The notes beneath the pieces are model-generated. The model saw only the letters and a program-made list of their open reading frames with translations. It was not told the DNA's origin and did no database searches. This document shows positions 29,792 through 39,163 of a stretch of 64,000 nucleotides of DNA, piece after piece. The stretch comes from Pseudomonadota bacterium (GTDB lineage: Bacteria; Pseudomonadota; Gammaproteobacteria; Beggiatoales; Beggiatoaceae). The stretch lies in the NCBI GenBank assembly GCA_039714115.1, contig JBDLJY010000001.1:1749-65748 (forward strand), given 5' to 3'. A program made the position numbers and the translations under genes. Each line of letters starts with the position of its first letter. Within the stretch, counting starts at the first letter, position 1.

Positions 29792-32700
29792 ATGTGCAAT
29801 GACATCGAATCTATTGAGTCGGCGGTGCCGGAACAGATATGTGCCCAACTGACACTTTCCACAGAAGATTTATCAGCCGCCCTTTTAGCTTGTGTATCAC
29901 TAGAAAATGATGATCCGGCCATCTTAGAATTTAGTGAAAACTACATCAATCAAGTACTGGATATCAGGGAGTCAGCCAAAATGGCGGGCTTGAGTGGATT
30001 GCAAGTAGTCTGCACATTTGTCAATAACAATTGGAAGGCTTTTATTATTCAGGATAAAGACCAAAAAGTTGCCTTCCAATCCTATTTTGAACAATGGCCT
30101 GCGAAAGTTTTAGAATATTTGCAAAAACAGAGTGAGGGTGCCGGACGCATAGTGAGCTTTATGCAAGACGCTGGCTGGCCTGTACCTTTAAAAGCAGAGG
30201 CGGCAAATCATTTATTGACTCTGCTGACCACCAAAGCCGCTGAGCCGACACCGGAACCTGTCTCTGAGACACCTTTGATCGCGCCGGACGTATTGGAATC
30301 GATATGTGCCCAACTGAAGGATTCTACAGATGAATTATCATCCGCTCTTTCAGCTTGTGTCTCACTAGAAAATGATGATCTGGCCCGGTTAGAAATCAGT
30401 GAAAACTATACCAATCAAGTAGAGGCTCTTTGGGAGGCAGCCGAAATGGCCGACTTGAGTGGATTGCAAGAAGTCTGCACATTTTTCATTGAGAATTGGA
30501 TGGCCTTCAGTCTTCAGGAGAAAGACCAAAAAGTTGCCATCCAATCCTATTTTGAACAATGGCCTGCGAAAGTTTTAGAATATTTGCAAGAACCGAGTGA
30601 GGGTGCTACCCGCTTAGTGAGCTTTATGCAAGACGCTGGCTGGCCGGCACCTTTAGAGGTTGAGGCGGCAAATCATTTATTGATTCAGCTGACCACCAAA
30701 GCCGCTGAGCCGACCGAGGATCAAGTCTCTGAGACACCTTTGATCGCGCCGGACGTATTGGAATTGATATGTACCCAACTGAAGGATTCTACAGAGGATT
30801 TATCATCCGCTCTTTCAGCTTGTGTCTCACTAGAAAATGATGATCCGGCCATCTTAGAAATCAGTGAAAACTATACCAATCAAGTAGAGGCTCTTTGGGA
30901 GGCTGCCGAAATGGCGGGCTTGAGTGGATTGCAAGAAGTCTGCACATTTGTCAATGAGAATTGGATGGCCTTCAGTCTTCAGGAGAAAGACCAAAAAGTT
31001 GCCATCCAATCCTATTTTGAACAATGGCCTGCGAAAGTTTTAGAATATTTGCAAGAACCGAGTGAGGGTGCTACCCGCCTAGTGAGCTTTATGCAAGACG
31101 CTGGCTGGCCTGTACCTTTAGAAGCAGAGGCGGCAAATCATTTATTGACTATGCTGACCACCAAAGCCGCTGAGCCGACCGAGGAGACACCTGTCGCCTT
31201 ACCGAATGAAGAGCCGATAGGGGGTGAGGACGTTGATACGCAAAGTTTAAATATTGAGCCAAAAAGCCCTCCTTCTAAGACGCAGCAGGACAATGAAGAT
31301 GATGATAAAATAAAAATATCGTTAGATCATGAACTTTTAGAAATGCTCCGTAGTGAGCTTGAGTCTGCCAAGGAAGAATTGGCAACGAAACTCAATAAAT
31401 TTAGCTCGCTTGCCAATGCAGATGTGGCGCTTGTAGAAGCGTCAGAAAATTATACTGAAATTGTGCAAAATTTATCTAGGGCTTCAAGCTTGGTGCGTTT
31501 TGAAGGATTGCAAACTGTTTGTGCTTTTATTATATCGAATGTAAGCGCCCTGAGTGTTGCAAATACAGAAGCCAGAGCGGAAGCAAAAAAACTTTTAGAA
31601 GCGTGGCCTGGTTTGGTGTTAGCTTATCTGCACACACCAAACGACAGTGTGATTCCAATGGTGAATCACTTCCGTGATCCTCAATGGGCAAAACCCTTAA
31701 GCGATGATAAAGCCCATAGCTTATTGAATCAAGTGATAGAGGTTTCACGTCCTAATAAGCAAAAACCAAAACGTCCCCCCCCCCAGCCAGAAGACGTACA
31801 AATATATATTCCAGAGGATATTGTTCCTGAACTTTGGGATGCCTACTTACAAGAAACACCCGATAATGTGGCTCAGTTTTCTGCTATTATTCAAGAAATT
31901 ATTCAGAATCCTGAAACGAGTCAAATTAAAGAGGCCCAGCGTCTCGCGCATAGCTTGAAGGGTTCATCGAATATTATCGGTATCAAAGCTATTGCCAACA
32001 TTGCCCATCCTCTTGAAGATTCATTGGAATATCTTGCCACTCATCATCTTGTTCCCCCCAAAGCATTGACTGATATGATGGTGGGGGCTGCTGATTGTCT
32101 GGAGAACATGGTTGAAACCCTATCAAGTGCTCAACCTGAAACGCCGCCGGAAGCCCTGTCTGTTTTACAATCAGTGGTGGATTGGGCGAATCGTATTGAC
32201 GAGGGTGATATGGATGCCCTGCCCATTGATGAAACTAACACAAAAACTTTTGCCTCGACAGCCCCCAAGCCAACGGTGACTGCCGCTGGCACACCAGAGC
32301 CGGTTTTGAAGGTGCCAACTACGACAATTGACGAATTAATGCGCTTAGTGGGTGAGTTGTCTATTTCGGTGGGGCAAATTCAAGAAAAATTGAAGCATCT
32401 GATGCTGAGTACGCACAGTTTGTCTGATCAAAATTTAATTCTTCAGCAGAGGACGTTTGATCTGGAAGAACTGGTGGATGTGCGTGGTGTCACGGGGGTA
32501 GAAAGACGCTATCAAAAAACGGCAGAAATTAAAGAGTACCCTGAGGATGAGTTTGATCCGCTGGAATTTGAAGAGTACAACGAGTTACATAGCGTGGCGC
32601 ATAGTTTTATTGAGTCTATTGCGGACAATCGTGAACTGGGGATGTCGATACGTGATGATCTCATTGAATTGGAAACGATGTTTGTTCACCAAGAGCGATT

Positions 32701-34141
32701 AAATAAAGATTTCCAAACGAACATTATGAAGTCGCGCATGGTGTCGGTGAATAATCTCGTTGCTAAGTTGCAGCGTAATGTTCGACAGACGTGTCGCATG
32801 ACGGGTAAACAAGCTGAACTCGTCCTCAGCGGTACGGATGTTTTGATTGACAGCGATGTTTTGAATAATCTGGCGGATCCCTTGCAGCATATTTTGCGTA
32901 ACGCGATTGATCATGGGATAGAAAAAGATGCTAAGGAACGAACTCTTCAAGGAAAACCCAAAGCTGGCCAAATTCAATTGAGTTTTTACCGCGAAGGCAA
33001 TAACGTTGTTGTGAAGTGTGAGGATGATGGGCAAGGCTTGAATTATAACAAGATTCGTGAGACGGCTATTCAACGTGAATTAATCACTGAGAATCAGGAG
33101 CAGACCAAACAAGAACTAGCTCGTTTAATCCTGCTCTCAGGTTTCTCGACTAAACCGGGCGTAACGCAAGTTTCAGGGCGCGGGGTTGGCATGGATGTGG
33201 TGCATTCCAATATTAGTCAGATGAAAGGGATTCTTGATTTGACTTCAGAAACGGGCAAGGGTACGACGATTTTGATTAAGTTGCCTATGACGTTGGTGAC
33301 TGTGCATGTGTTATTGGTGCGTATTGGAAAACGCAAGTTTGGGATTCCTACTAATTATCTGGAACAAGCGCTAGCGCCGGGTGTGAGTGAGATTAATAAG
33401 GTTGGTAATGAAATATCCTTAAAAATAGATAAAAACATGTATGCTCTGAAATATTTGGCGAATTTACTGAATGTGCCGGGGGATATGTTAGATATTAAGG
33501 AAGAGGAAAGCTATCCTGTCATTTTGGCGCATGAAGAAACGAGTATAACTGCCGTCATCGTAGACGAATTTTTAGATACTCATGATCTCGTTATGAAGAG
33601 CATGGGCAAGCATGTTCGGAATATTCATGGTGTGGCGGGTGCTTCCATTCTTGGTGATGGTAGTTTGGTGCCATTGTTAGATTTGCCTGATTTGTTGCGC
33701 TCACCCATGCAGGCTGTGAGGTCGTCTTATCAGGCAGCGCATCAGGCTGAGGAGGCGGTGTCAGGCGGAATCCCTCGTATTTTGATTGTTGATGATTCTT
33801 TCAGCGTGAGAAAAGCGACGTCGTTGTTAATTGAAAATGCTGGTTTTGAAACCTTGTTGGCGAAAGATGGGGTAGAGGCGATTGAAATTATGAATCAAGA
33901 GCAGCCCGATGTGATGTTGACAGATATGGAAATGCCGCGTATGGATGGTTTTGAACTGACGGCTTATGTCCGTGCCAATCAAGCCACTCAAAAACTGCCC
34001 GTTTTTATGATTACCTCGCACTCAAGAAAGATATATCGTGAGCAAGCAAAAGCGGCGGGGGTTGACGTTTATCTAACAAAGCCCTATCAAGATAGTGATT
34101 TGTTAAATTTGATTGAGCAAGCATTGCAAAATAATAACTGA
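29792..34141 (+). CDS. Hybrid CheA-type histidine kinase (ChpA-like): repeated Hpt-like modules, one canonical Hpt, kinase, CheW-like and receiver domains
   Basis: 1449 aa. Hpt AHSLKGSSNIIG, HATPase DHGIE..GRGVGMDVV, C-terminal REC ILIVDDS..MLTDMEMPRMDG..KP. Confidence 0.9.
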   Translation: MCNDIESIESAVPEQICAQLTLSTEDLSAALLACVSLENDDPAILEFSENYINQVLDIRESAKMAGLSGLQVVCTFVNNNWKAFIIQDKDQKVAFQSYFEQWPAKVLEYLQKQSEGAGRIVSFMQDAGWPVPLKAEAANHLLTLLTTKAAEPTPEPVSETPLIAPDVLESICAQLKDSTDELSSALSACVSLENDDLARLEISENYTNQVEALWEAAEMADLSGLQEVCTFFIENWMAFSLQEKDQKVAIQSYFEQWPAKVLEYLQEPSEGATRLVSFMQDAGWPAPLEVEAANHLLIQLTTKAAEPTEDQVSETPLIAPDVLELICTQLKDSTEDLSSALSACVSLENDDPAILEISENYTNQVEALWEAAEMAGLSGLQEVCTFVNENWMAFSLQEKDQKVAIQSYFEQWPAKVLEYLQEPSEGATRLVSFMQDAGWPVPLEAEAANHLLTMLTTKAAEPTEETPVALPNEEPIGGEDVDTQSLNIEPKSPPSKTQQDNEDDDKIKISLDHELLEMLRSELESAKEELATKLNKFSSLANADVALVEASENYTEIVQNLSRASSLVRFEGLQTVCAFIISNVSALSVANTEARAEAKKLLEAWPGLVLAYLHTPNDSVIPMVNHFRDPQWAKPLSDDKAHSLLNQVIEVSRPNKQKPKRPPPQPEDVQIYIPEDIVPELWDAYLQETPDNVAQFSAIIQEIIQNPETSQIKEAQRLAHSLKGSSNIIGIKAIANIAHPLEDSLEYLATHHLVPPKALTDMMVGAADCLENMVETLSSAQPETPPEALSVLQSVVDWANRIDEGDMDALPIDETNTKTFASTAPKPTVTAAGTPEPVLKVPTTTIDELMRLVGELSISVGQIQEKLKHLMLSTHSLSDQNLILQQRTFDLEELVDVRGVTGVERRYQKTAEIKEYPEDEFDPLEFEEYNELHSVAHSFIESIADNRELGMSIRDDLIELETMFVHQERLNKDFQTNIMKSRMVSVNNLVAKLQRNVRQTCRMTGKQAELVLSGTDVLIDSDVLNNLADPLQHILRNAIDHGIEKDAKERTLQGKPKAGQIQLSFYREGNNVVVKCEDDGQGLNYNKIRETAIQRELITENQEQTKQELARLILLSGFSTKPGVTQVSGRGVGMDVVHSNISQMKGILDLTSETGKGTTILIKLPMTLVTVHVLLVRIGKRKFGIPTNYLEQALAPGVSEINKVGNEISLKIDKNMYALKYLANLLNVPGDMLDIKEEESYPVILAHEETSITAVIVDEFLDTHDLVMKSMGKHVRNIHGVAGASILGDGSLVPLLDLPDLLRSPMQAVRSSYQAAHQAEEAVSGGIPRILIVDDSFSVRKATSLLIENAGFETLLAKDGVEAIEIMNQEQPDVMLTDMEMPRMDGFELTAYVRANQATQKLPVFMITSHSRKIYREQAKAAGVDVYLTKPYQDSDLLNLIEQALQNNN
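29837..31190 (+). repeat. In-frame tandem repeat, 3 units of about 465 bp, inside the CheA-type gene
   Basis: Units start at ATATGTGCCCAACTGA (29837, 30302) and ATATGTACCCAACTGA (30767). Units 2 and 3 are nearly identical. Confidence 0.9.
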
Positions 34142-34166
34142 TAGTGGATGGATAATTAATTAATTA

Positions 34167-34589
34167 ATGTACATTTTATTAGTATTTGATGGAATCTATC
34201 TGTTTGTTCCTCAAGAGGAAGTGCATTCTGTGGAAATCATGAGCGATGTGACGCACACGTCTCAGGGTGGTGTCGTATGGTTTTTGGGGCATGGCTTAGA
34301 ATCGCCTGTATTTTGTTTAGGCTCAGATTTGTCTTTGTTGTTAGATGTACCCGAAAACAGTCAGTATTTGGTTTTACTCAAAGCTGATCCACAGCCTTTA
34401 GGAATTGCCTGCGAAGATGTGGAAAATATCAATTTCAAAGTAGAACACCTCCACCCGCAAGATTTACAGGTAGTGATGAAAACGCCTGATTCACCTATCA
34501 AGCAATTGGTGAGTTATCAAGATAAGGTGGCTTATGTCTGTAGCGGTGCTGCCTTGATAAAACATTTATCAGTAGAGAGTGAGACATGA
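34167..34589 (+). CDS. CheW-like domain protein
   Basis: 140 aa. LLVFDGIYLFVPQEEVHSVE and GIACEDVENI resemble a divergent CheW fold. Confidence 0.6.
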   Translation: MYILLVFDGIYLFVPQEEVHSVEIMSDVTHTSQGGVVWFLGHGLESPVFCLGSDLSLLLDVPENSQYLVLLKADPQPLGIACEDVENINFKVEHLHPQDLQVVMKTPDSPIKQLVSYQDKVAYVCSGAALIKHLSVESET

Positions 34590-35071
34590 GTGAAGATGCA
34601 AAAAGTAGTCGGGCGTGGTTATTAGATTTTGGTGGCGGTTTACAAGCCGCCATCGGATACCACGAAATGTGGCAAGCGCTTGTCTCGCCAACTTTGTTTA
34701 AGGTACCTTGTACGCCACACTACTGTAGCGAAGTCTTGATTTTTCAAAAGGAGATATTGCCGGTGCTTGATATGTCTTCTCTGTTAGAAAGAGATAAAAT
34801 CAGCCCTTTGATGAGTCAAGTGGTAGGGATTGCGGTTTACCAAGAAGTGCCCACTTTGCCTATCCGTTATGCTTGCTTGCGTTTGGCAAGCATGCCAAAG
34901 GGTATTTTTGTGAGTGATGATCAAGCTTGTGATTTGCTAGCCGATCAATTTTATTGGAAACCTTTGGCATTGTCCAGTTTTTCCCGCGATGATGTTGTTA
35001 TTCCTATTATCGATCTGGCTTATCTGTTTTCAGAAGATTTTAATGCTTTTAAACAAGGTTCTCTGGTATGA
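34586..35071 (+). CDS. CheW-like domain protein (ChpC-like)
   Basis: 161 aa. VPCTPHYCSEVLIFQKEILPVLDMSSLL and C-terminal VVIPIIDLAYLF fit the CheW pattern. Overlaps its neighbours by 4 bp on both sides. Confidence 0.65.
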   Translation: MSEDAKSSRAWLLDFGGGLQAAIGYHEMWQALVSPTLFKVPCTPHYCSEVLIFQKEILPVLDMSSLLERDKISPLMSQVVGIAVYQEVPTLPIRYACLRLASMPKGIFVSDDQACDLLADQFYWKPLALSSFSRDDVVIPIIDLAYLFSEDFNAFKQGSLV

Positions 35072-36333
35072 ATAATCTTGAGGTATTTCAGCCTGAATTC
35101 CGGCTACAACAGGTATCTCTCCAAAACTTTAGGGGGTTTGAACACCTAGAATTTTATTTTAAATCGGATTTAGCCGTTTTTATAGGGGAAAATGGGGCTG
35201 GAAAAACGAGCCTTTTGGAGGGGATTGCTAAGTTATTAATTGCTTTTGAAAATCAATTCAGGGGTGAGGATAGCCGCGATTTTAAAGATTTAAAAACAGT
35301 TTTTGATTTTTTTGATATCAGAAAAGGTAGCGTTGAATCTATTAATAGGATGTTCTTATCTTTCGCGGATCATGATTTAAATTGTGAGATTATTTTTCGA
35401 AAAAAATCTGCCCCTGTTTTAGGACAATGCAATTTTGAGGGTTTAAATGAATTTGTCCGTCTCTTTTATAGTTATAAACCGTTTAATCTCCCTTTGTTGG
35501 TTTATTATCCTGTTAGTAATGCTCCCGTTAATTATATTGATTTTGAAGAAGCCAGTAATGATTTTGAGATTGATAGTTTTACGGCTTTAGATGGTGCTTT
35601 GGATAATTCTTTTGATTTAATCCGCTTTTTCAGTTGGTATAAGTGGCAGCAAAACATTGAAAGGCAATTAGGCGAAAATAAAGTTTTGAATGTGGTGCGC
35701 CGTGTCATTTATAAGATGTTGAGCGATGAGCATAATAGATTCGATAAGTTATCTATCAATTGGGTTAAGAATCCTAATGGTGAAATGCTCATTCATAAAA
35801 ATGATTTATGTTTAAATATTAATCAACTTTCTTCGGGTGAAAAAATGCTTTTGGCTTTAGTGGCTGATCTTGCGCGTCGTTTAGCCCTTGCTAATCCATA
35901 CCGAGAAAATCCGTTGTTAGGTAACGGGGTTGTTTTGATTGATGAAATGGATTTGCATTTGCATCCGCGCCGGCAACGTGAGGTGATTCCTCAATTGCAA
36001 GAGACTTTTCCAAATTGTCAGTTTATTGTGACTACCCATTCTCCGCTGATTTTGAGCAATTTGCGGCGCGATAATGTGATTATTTTGGAGGATTTCAAAA
36101 CAGTCAAAAAGACGCCGCATACTTTTGGTAGAGATAATAATTCTATTTTATATGAATTAATGGGGGTTAAACAGCGTCCTGATGATGTCCAACAACAAAT
36201 TGACCAAGTTTATGAATTGATTGATGATGGAAATAAGGACGAAGCACAAGCCTTATTAAGGGAGCTATCCGAGCATTTGGGTGAAAATGATATTGCGATA
36301 GTCAAAGCTTATACACATTTGGCTTTTTTTTAA
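35068..36333 (+). CDS. AAA_15/AAA_21-type ATPase, Septu PtuA-like
   Basis: 421 aa. Walker A GENGAGKTSLLEGI, signature LSSGEKMLLALVADLARR, Walker B VLIDEMDLHLHP, VTTHSPLI. ATGA overlap with the upstream CheW-like gene. Confidence 0.75.
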   Translation: MNNLEVFQPEFRLQQVSLQNFRGFEHLEFYFKSDLAVFIGENGAGKTSLLEGIAKLLIAFENQFRGEDSRDFKDLKTVFDFFDIRKGSVESINRMFLSFADHDLNCEIIFRKKSAPVLGQCNFEGLNEFVRLFYSYKPFNLPLLVYYPVSNAPVNYIDFEEASNDFEIDSFTALDGALDNSFDLIRFFSWYKWQQNIERQLGENKVLNVVRRVIYKMLSDEHNRFDKLSINWVKNPNGEMLIHKNDLCLNINQLSSGEKMLLALVADLARRLALANPYRENPLLGNGVVLIDEMDLHLHPRRQREVIPQLQETFPNCQFIVTTHSPLILSNLRRDNVIILEDFKTVKKTPHTFGRDNNSILYELMGVKQRPDDVQQQIDQVYELIDDGNKDEAQALLRELSEHLGENDIAIVKAYTHLAFF

Positions 36334-36335
36334 TT

Positions 36336-36482
36336 ATGAAACAAATTAAAAAAGGCAAAGAACCGGCTTCGTTATTGGCACATCGCAAAAAGATTCATGC
36401 TGACTATGACAATTACCCCGAAAAAGATGAATTGCTTTACTATCTCAAAAAACGTTTTGCAAAAGAATTAGGAAACTCTTAA
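36336..36482 (+). pseudogene. Truncated N-terminal stub (48 aa) of a TIGR02646/PtuB-type HNH protein
   Basis: MKQIKKGKEPASLLAHRKKIHADYDNYPEKDELLYYLKKRF.. matches my recollection of the N-terminus of retron/Septu-associated HNH proteins. It stops before any Cys/His HNH motif, 2 bp before asnB. Confidence 0.5.
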
Positions 36483-36484
36483 AT

Positions 36485-38254
36485 ATGTGTGGCATCTGCG
36501 GCGAATTTAGATTTGATGGTAACACGCCCGAACTGAGTACGCTCTCTAAAATGATGGAGAGCTTAGCGCGGCGTGGTCCTGATGATTCGGGACATTTTAT
36601 CCAAGGGGCTGTCGGTTTAGGGCATCGGCGTTTGTCTGTTATTGATTTATCTGCCCGCGCTCATCAGCCGATGGTGGATGAGGGGCTGGCTTTGGTATTT
36701 AATGGTACGATTTATAATTATCGTGATTTGCGCCGTGAATTATTAGCACTCGGACACAGTTTCCGTTCTGAGAGCGATACTGAAGTCATTCTCAAAAGTT
36801 ACGCTGAATGGGGCGAAGAGTGTGTCAGTCATTTGCATGGCATGTTTGCTTTTGCGATCTGGGATAGTCGCAAGCAACAAGTTTTTTTGGCGCGTGATCG
36901 TTTAGGCATTAAGCCTTTATATTTTAGTCAAACGCAGCACTGTTTGCGCTTTGCTTCAACGATCCCCGCTTTGTTGGCGGCAGGCGGAGTAGATACTCGG
37001 ATTGATCCGATTGCTTTACATCATCATTTGACGTTGCATGCCGTTGTGCCAGCACCGCGCACGGTGTTGCAAGGGGTGCGGAAAGTCGCGCCGGGGACAA
37101 GTTTGACGGTACAAGCTAAAGCTTGTACTCCAAGGCGTTATTGGCAATTACAGGCGTGTCGTCCACAAACGCCGTTGAGTGAAAGTCAATGGATAGAGGC
37201 TATTCATGCCAGTCTCCGAGCCGCTGTTGATAGTCATCTTCATGTCGCTGATGTGCCAGTGGGGGTATTATTATCGGGGGGCTTGGATTCTAGTTTGTTA
37301 GTGGGTTTATTGGCTGAAAATGAGAATGTCGAAAATTTATTAACCTTTTCAATCGGTTTTGAAGATACCCCTGAGGAGCGGGGTAGTGAGTTTGAGTTTT
37401 CTGATCAAGTCGTTGCCCGTTATCAGACTCATCATCATCGCTATACTATTCCCAATGAGCAGGTTTTAACGCGCTTACCGGAGGCTATTGCTGCTATGTC
37501 GGAGCCGATGGTGGGACAAGATGCTGTGGCATTTTATTTGTTAGCGGAGCGGGTGTCGCAATCGGTGAAGGTGGTGCAAAGTGGGCAGGGGGCGGATGAG
37601 GTTTTTGCGGGCTATTTTTGGTATCCGTTGATGCAGGCGGCGCAAGGTGTTGATTTAGAGCGTTTTAAAAGGTATTATTTTGATCGTTCCCATGAGGAGT
37701 TTTTGAGAACGGTTCATGATGATTATCATGGTGAGGATTATACTTCTCAAACTGTGGCTGATTTGTTGGCAGAAGAGGGGGCGGAGTCTTTTTTGGATAA
37801 GGTGCTTCGTATGGATGTGACGACGTTAATTGTCGATGATCCGGTGAAGCGGGTGGATAATATGACGATGGCGTGGGGCTTGGAGGCGCGGGTGCCTTTT
37901 TTGGAGCATGGTTTGGTTGAGTTGGCTGCTTCAATGCCGCCTGATTTGAAGTTGAGGGAAAATGGTAAGTATCCTCTTAAAGCGATTGCGCGTGATTTGT
38001 TGCCGGCGGCGGTGATAGATCGTCCTAAGGGTTATTTTCCGGTTCCGGCTTTGAAATATGTGCGTGGTCCTTTTTTGAAATTTATGTGTGATGTGTTAAA
38101 TTCTTCCGCTTGTCGTCAGCGTGGATTATTTCAAGAGGATTATGTTGATAGTTTGTTGACTACTCCTGAGCAGTATATGACGCCTTTGCAGGGGAGTAAG
38201 TTGTGGCATTTGGCGTTGTTGGAGATGTGGTTGCAAACGCATGTTGATCAGTGA
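36485..38254 (+). CDS. asnB: Asparagine synthase (glutamine-hydrolysing), AsnB/AsnO-like
   Basis: 589 aa. N-terminal nucleophile MCGICGE, GATase II domain, PP-loop VLLSGGLDSS. Confidence 0.9.
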   Translation: MCGICGEFRFDGNTPELSTLSKMMESLARRGPDDSGHFIQGAVGLGHRRLSVIDLSARAHQPMVDEGLALVFNGTIYNYRDLRRELLALGHSFRSESDTEVILKSYAEWGEECVSHLHGMFAFAIWDSRKQQVFLARDRLGIKPLYFSQTQHCLRFASTIPALLAAGGVDTRIDPIALHHHLTLHAVVPAPRTVLQGVRKVAPGTSLTVQAKACTPRRYWQLQACRPQTPLSESQWIEAIHASLRAAVDSHLHVADVPVGVLLSGGLDSSLLVGLLAENENVENLLTFSIGFEDTPEERGSEFEFSDQVVARYQTHHHRYTIPNEQVLTRLPEAIAAMSEPMVGQDAVAFYLLAERVSQSVKVVQSGQGADEVFAGYFWYPLMQAAQGVDLERFKRYYFDRSHEEFLRTVHDDYHGEDYTSQTVADLLAEEGAESFLDKVLRMDVTTLIVDDPVKRVDNMTMAWGLEARVPFLEHGLVELAASMPPDLKLRENGKYPLKAIARDLLPAAVIDRPKGYFPVPALKYVRGPFLKFMCDVLNSSACRQRGLFQEDYVDSLLTTPEQYMTPLQGSKLWHLALLEMWLQTHVDQ

Positions 38255-38304
38255 TTGTAGTAGGACGGCAGGCATTCCCACGCTCCGCGTGGGAACGATA
38301 AAAA
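38192..38304. repeat. Left copy of a ~113-bp direct repeat (last ~63 nt of asnB plus downstream REP)
   Basis: GGGAGTAAGTTGTGGCATTTGGCGTTGTTGGAGATGTGGTTGCAAACGCATGTTGATCAGTGATTGTAGTAGGACG... recurs at 39019-39144. Confidence 0.9.
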
Positions 38305-38311
38305 CTCTTTC

Positions 38312-38340
38312 TTGACATTCATAATGAATGAGAATATCAT
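38312..38340 (+). promoter_or_regulatory. Sigma-70-like promoter TTGACA-17 nt-TATCAT with an overlapping palindromic operator CATTCATAATGAATG (38316-38330)
   Basis: Read directly. It lies about 40 bp upstream of the antitoxin start. Confidence 0.6.
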
Positions 38341-38380
38341 TTCAGCCCTTTGTAAATTTGTAAGTCAGGAGTAGCTTTAA

Positions 38381-38626
38381 ATGAATCTTGTCGCTATACC
38401 TGCACACTTTGATGGTAAGCAAATTCGTTTAGATAATCGAGTTAATATAGAACCGGGTGCAAAATTAATTATTACTGTGTTGCCAATTGTCAAAAACATT
38501 GAATTGAAAAATGATGATTGGACGCAAGTAGCAATGGCAGGCTTAGAAAGTGCTTATGGTGACAATGAGCCAGAATATTCGTTGGATTTAATTATTGAGC
38601 CGAATTCTGATTATGATAGAAGGTAA
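38381..38626 (+). CDS. Putative antitoxin of the MazEF-like pair
   Basis: 81 aa, overlaps the downstream MazF-like gene, acidic C-terminus. No firm family motif. Confidence 0.55.
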   Translation: MNLVAIPAHFDGKQIRLDNRVNIEPGAKLIITVLPIVKNIELKNDDWTQVAMAGLESAYGDNEPEYSLDLIIEPNSDYDRR

Positions 38627-38960
38627 CGTAGTCCTTACGCCAATCACTCAAGCATATGGCAAAGTTAAAAATCGACCAGCAATTGTCTTACGGAGCATGC
38701 CCCTCCACAATGATTTACTGGTTTGCGGCGTGAGTACGCAATTACACCATTATGTTGATGGTTTTGATGAAATCATCTCTCCTAGCGATGCTGATTTTTC
38801 CTCAAGCGGACTATTGGCAAAATCATTAATACGACTTGGCTTTCTGGCAGTATTGCCACATCACCATATCGTAGGCACAATTGGCTCTATTGCACCAGAA
38901 CGACATCAACGCTTGCTCAAAGCACTGAGTAAATACCTTACTAGCAATATTATGACTTGA
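38613..38960 (+). CDS. PemK/MazF-family toxin
   Basis: MIEGNVVLTPITQAYGKVKNRPAIVLRS...LLVCGVSTQL fits the PemK pattern (GD/NvV..fp...K.RPalVl...ivv.iTs). ATG 38613 is preferred over TTG 38595. Confidence 0.7.
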   Translation: MIEGNVVLTPITQAYGKVKNRPAIVLRSMPLHNDLLVCGVSTQLHHYVDGFDEIISPSDADFSSSGLLAKSLIRLGFLAVLPHHHIVGTIGSIAPERHQRLLKALSKYLTSNIMT

Positions 38961-39018
38961 CGGTTGTTTTTTGCTAGTACATTCCTGGTTCCCACGCAGG
39001 CGCGTGGGAACCATAAAA

Positions 39019-39144
39019 GGGAGTAAGTTGTGGCATTTGGCGTTGTTGGAGAAGTGGTTGCAAACGCATGTTGATCAATGATTGTAGTAGGACGCGGAGC
39101 GTCCAGGCAGGCATTCCTTTGCCCCGCGTGGGAACGATAAAAAA
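39019..39144. repeat. Right copy of the asnB-3'-end direct repeat (contains a 12-bp insertion)
   Basis: Aligns with 38192-38304 with few mismatches. Confidence 0.9.
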
Positions 39145-39163
39145 GGTTGTTTTGATGGGTAAT

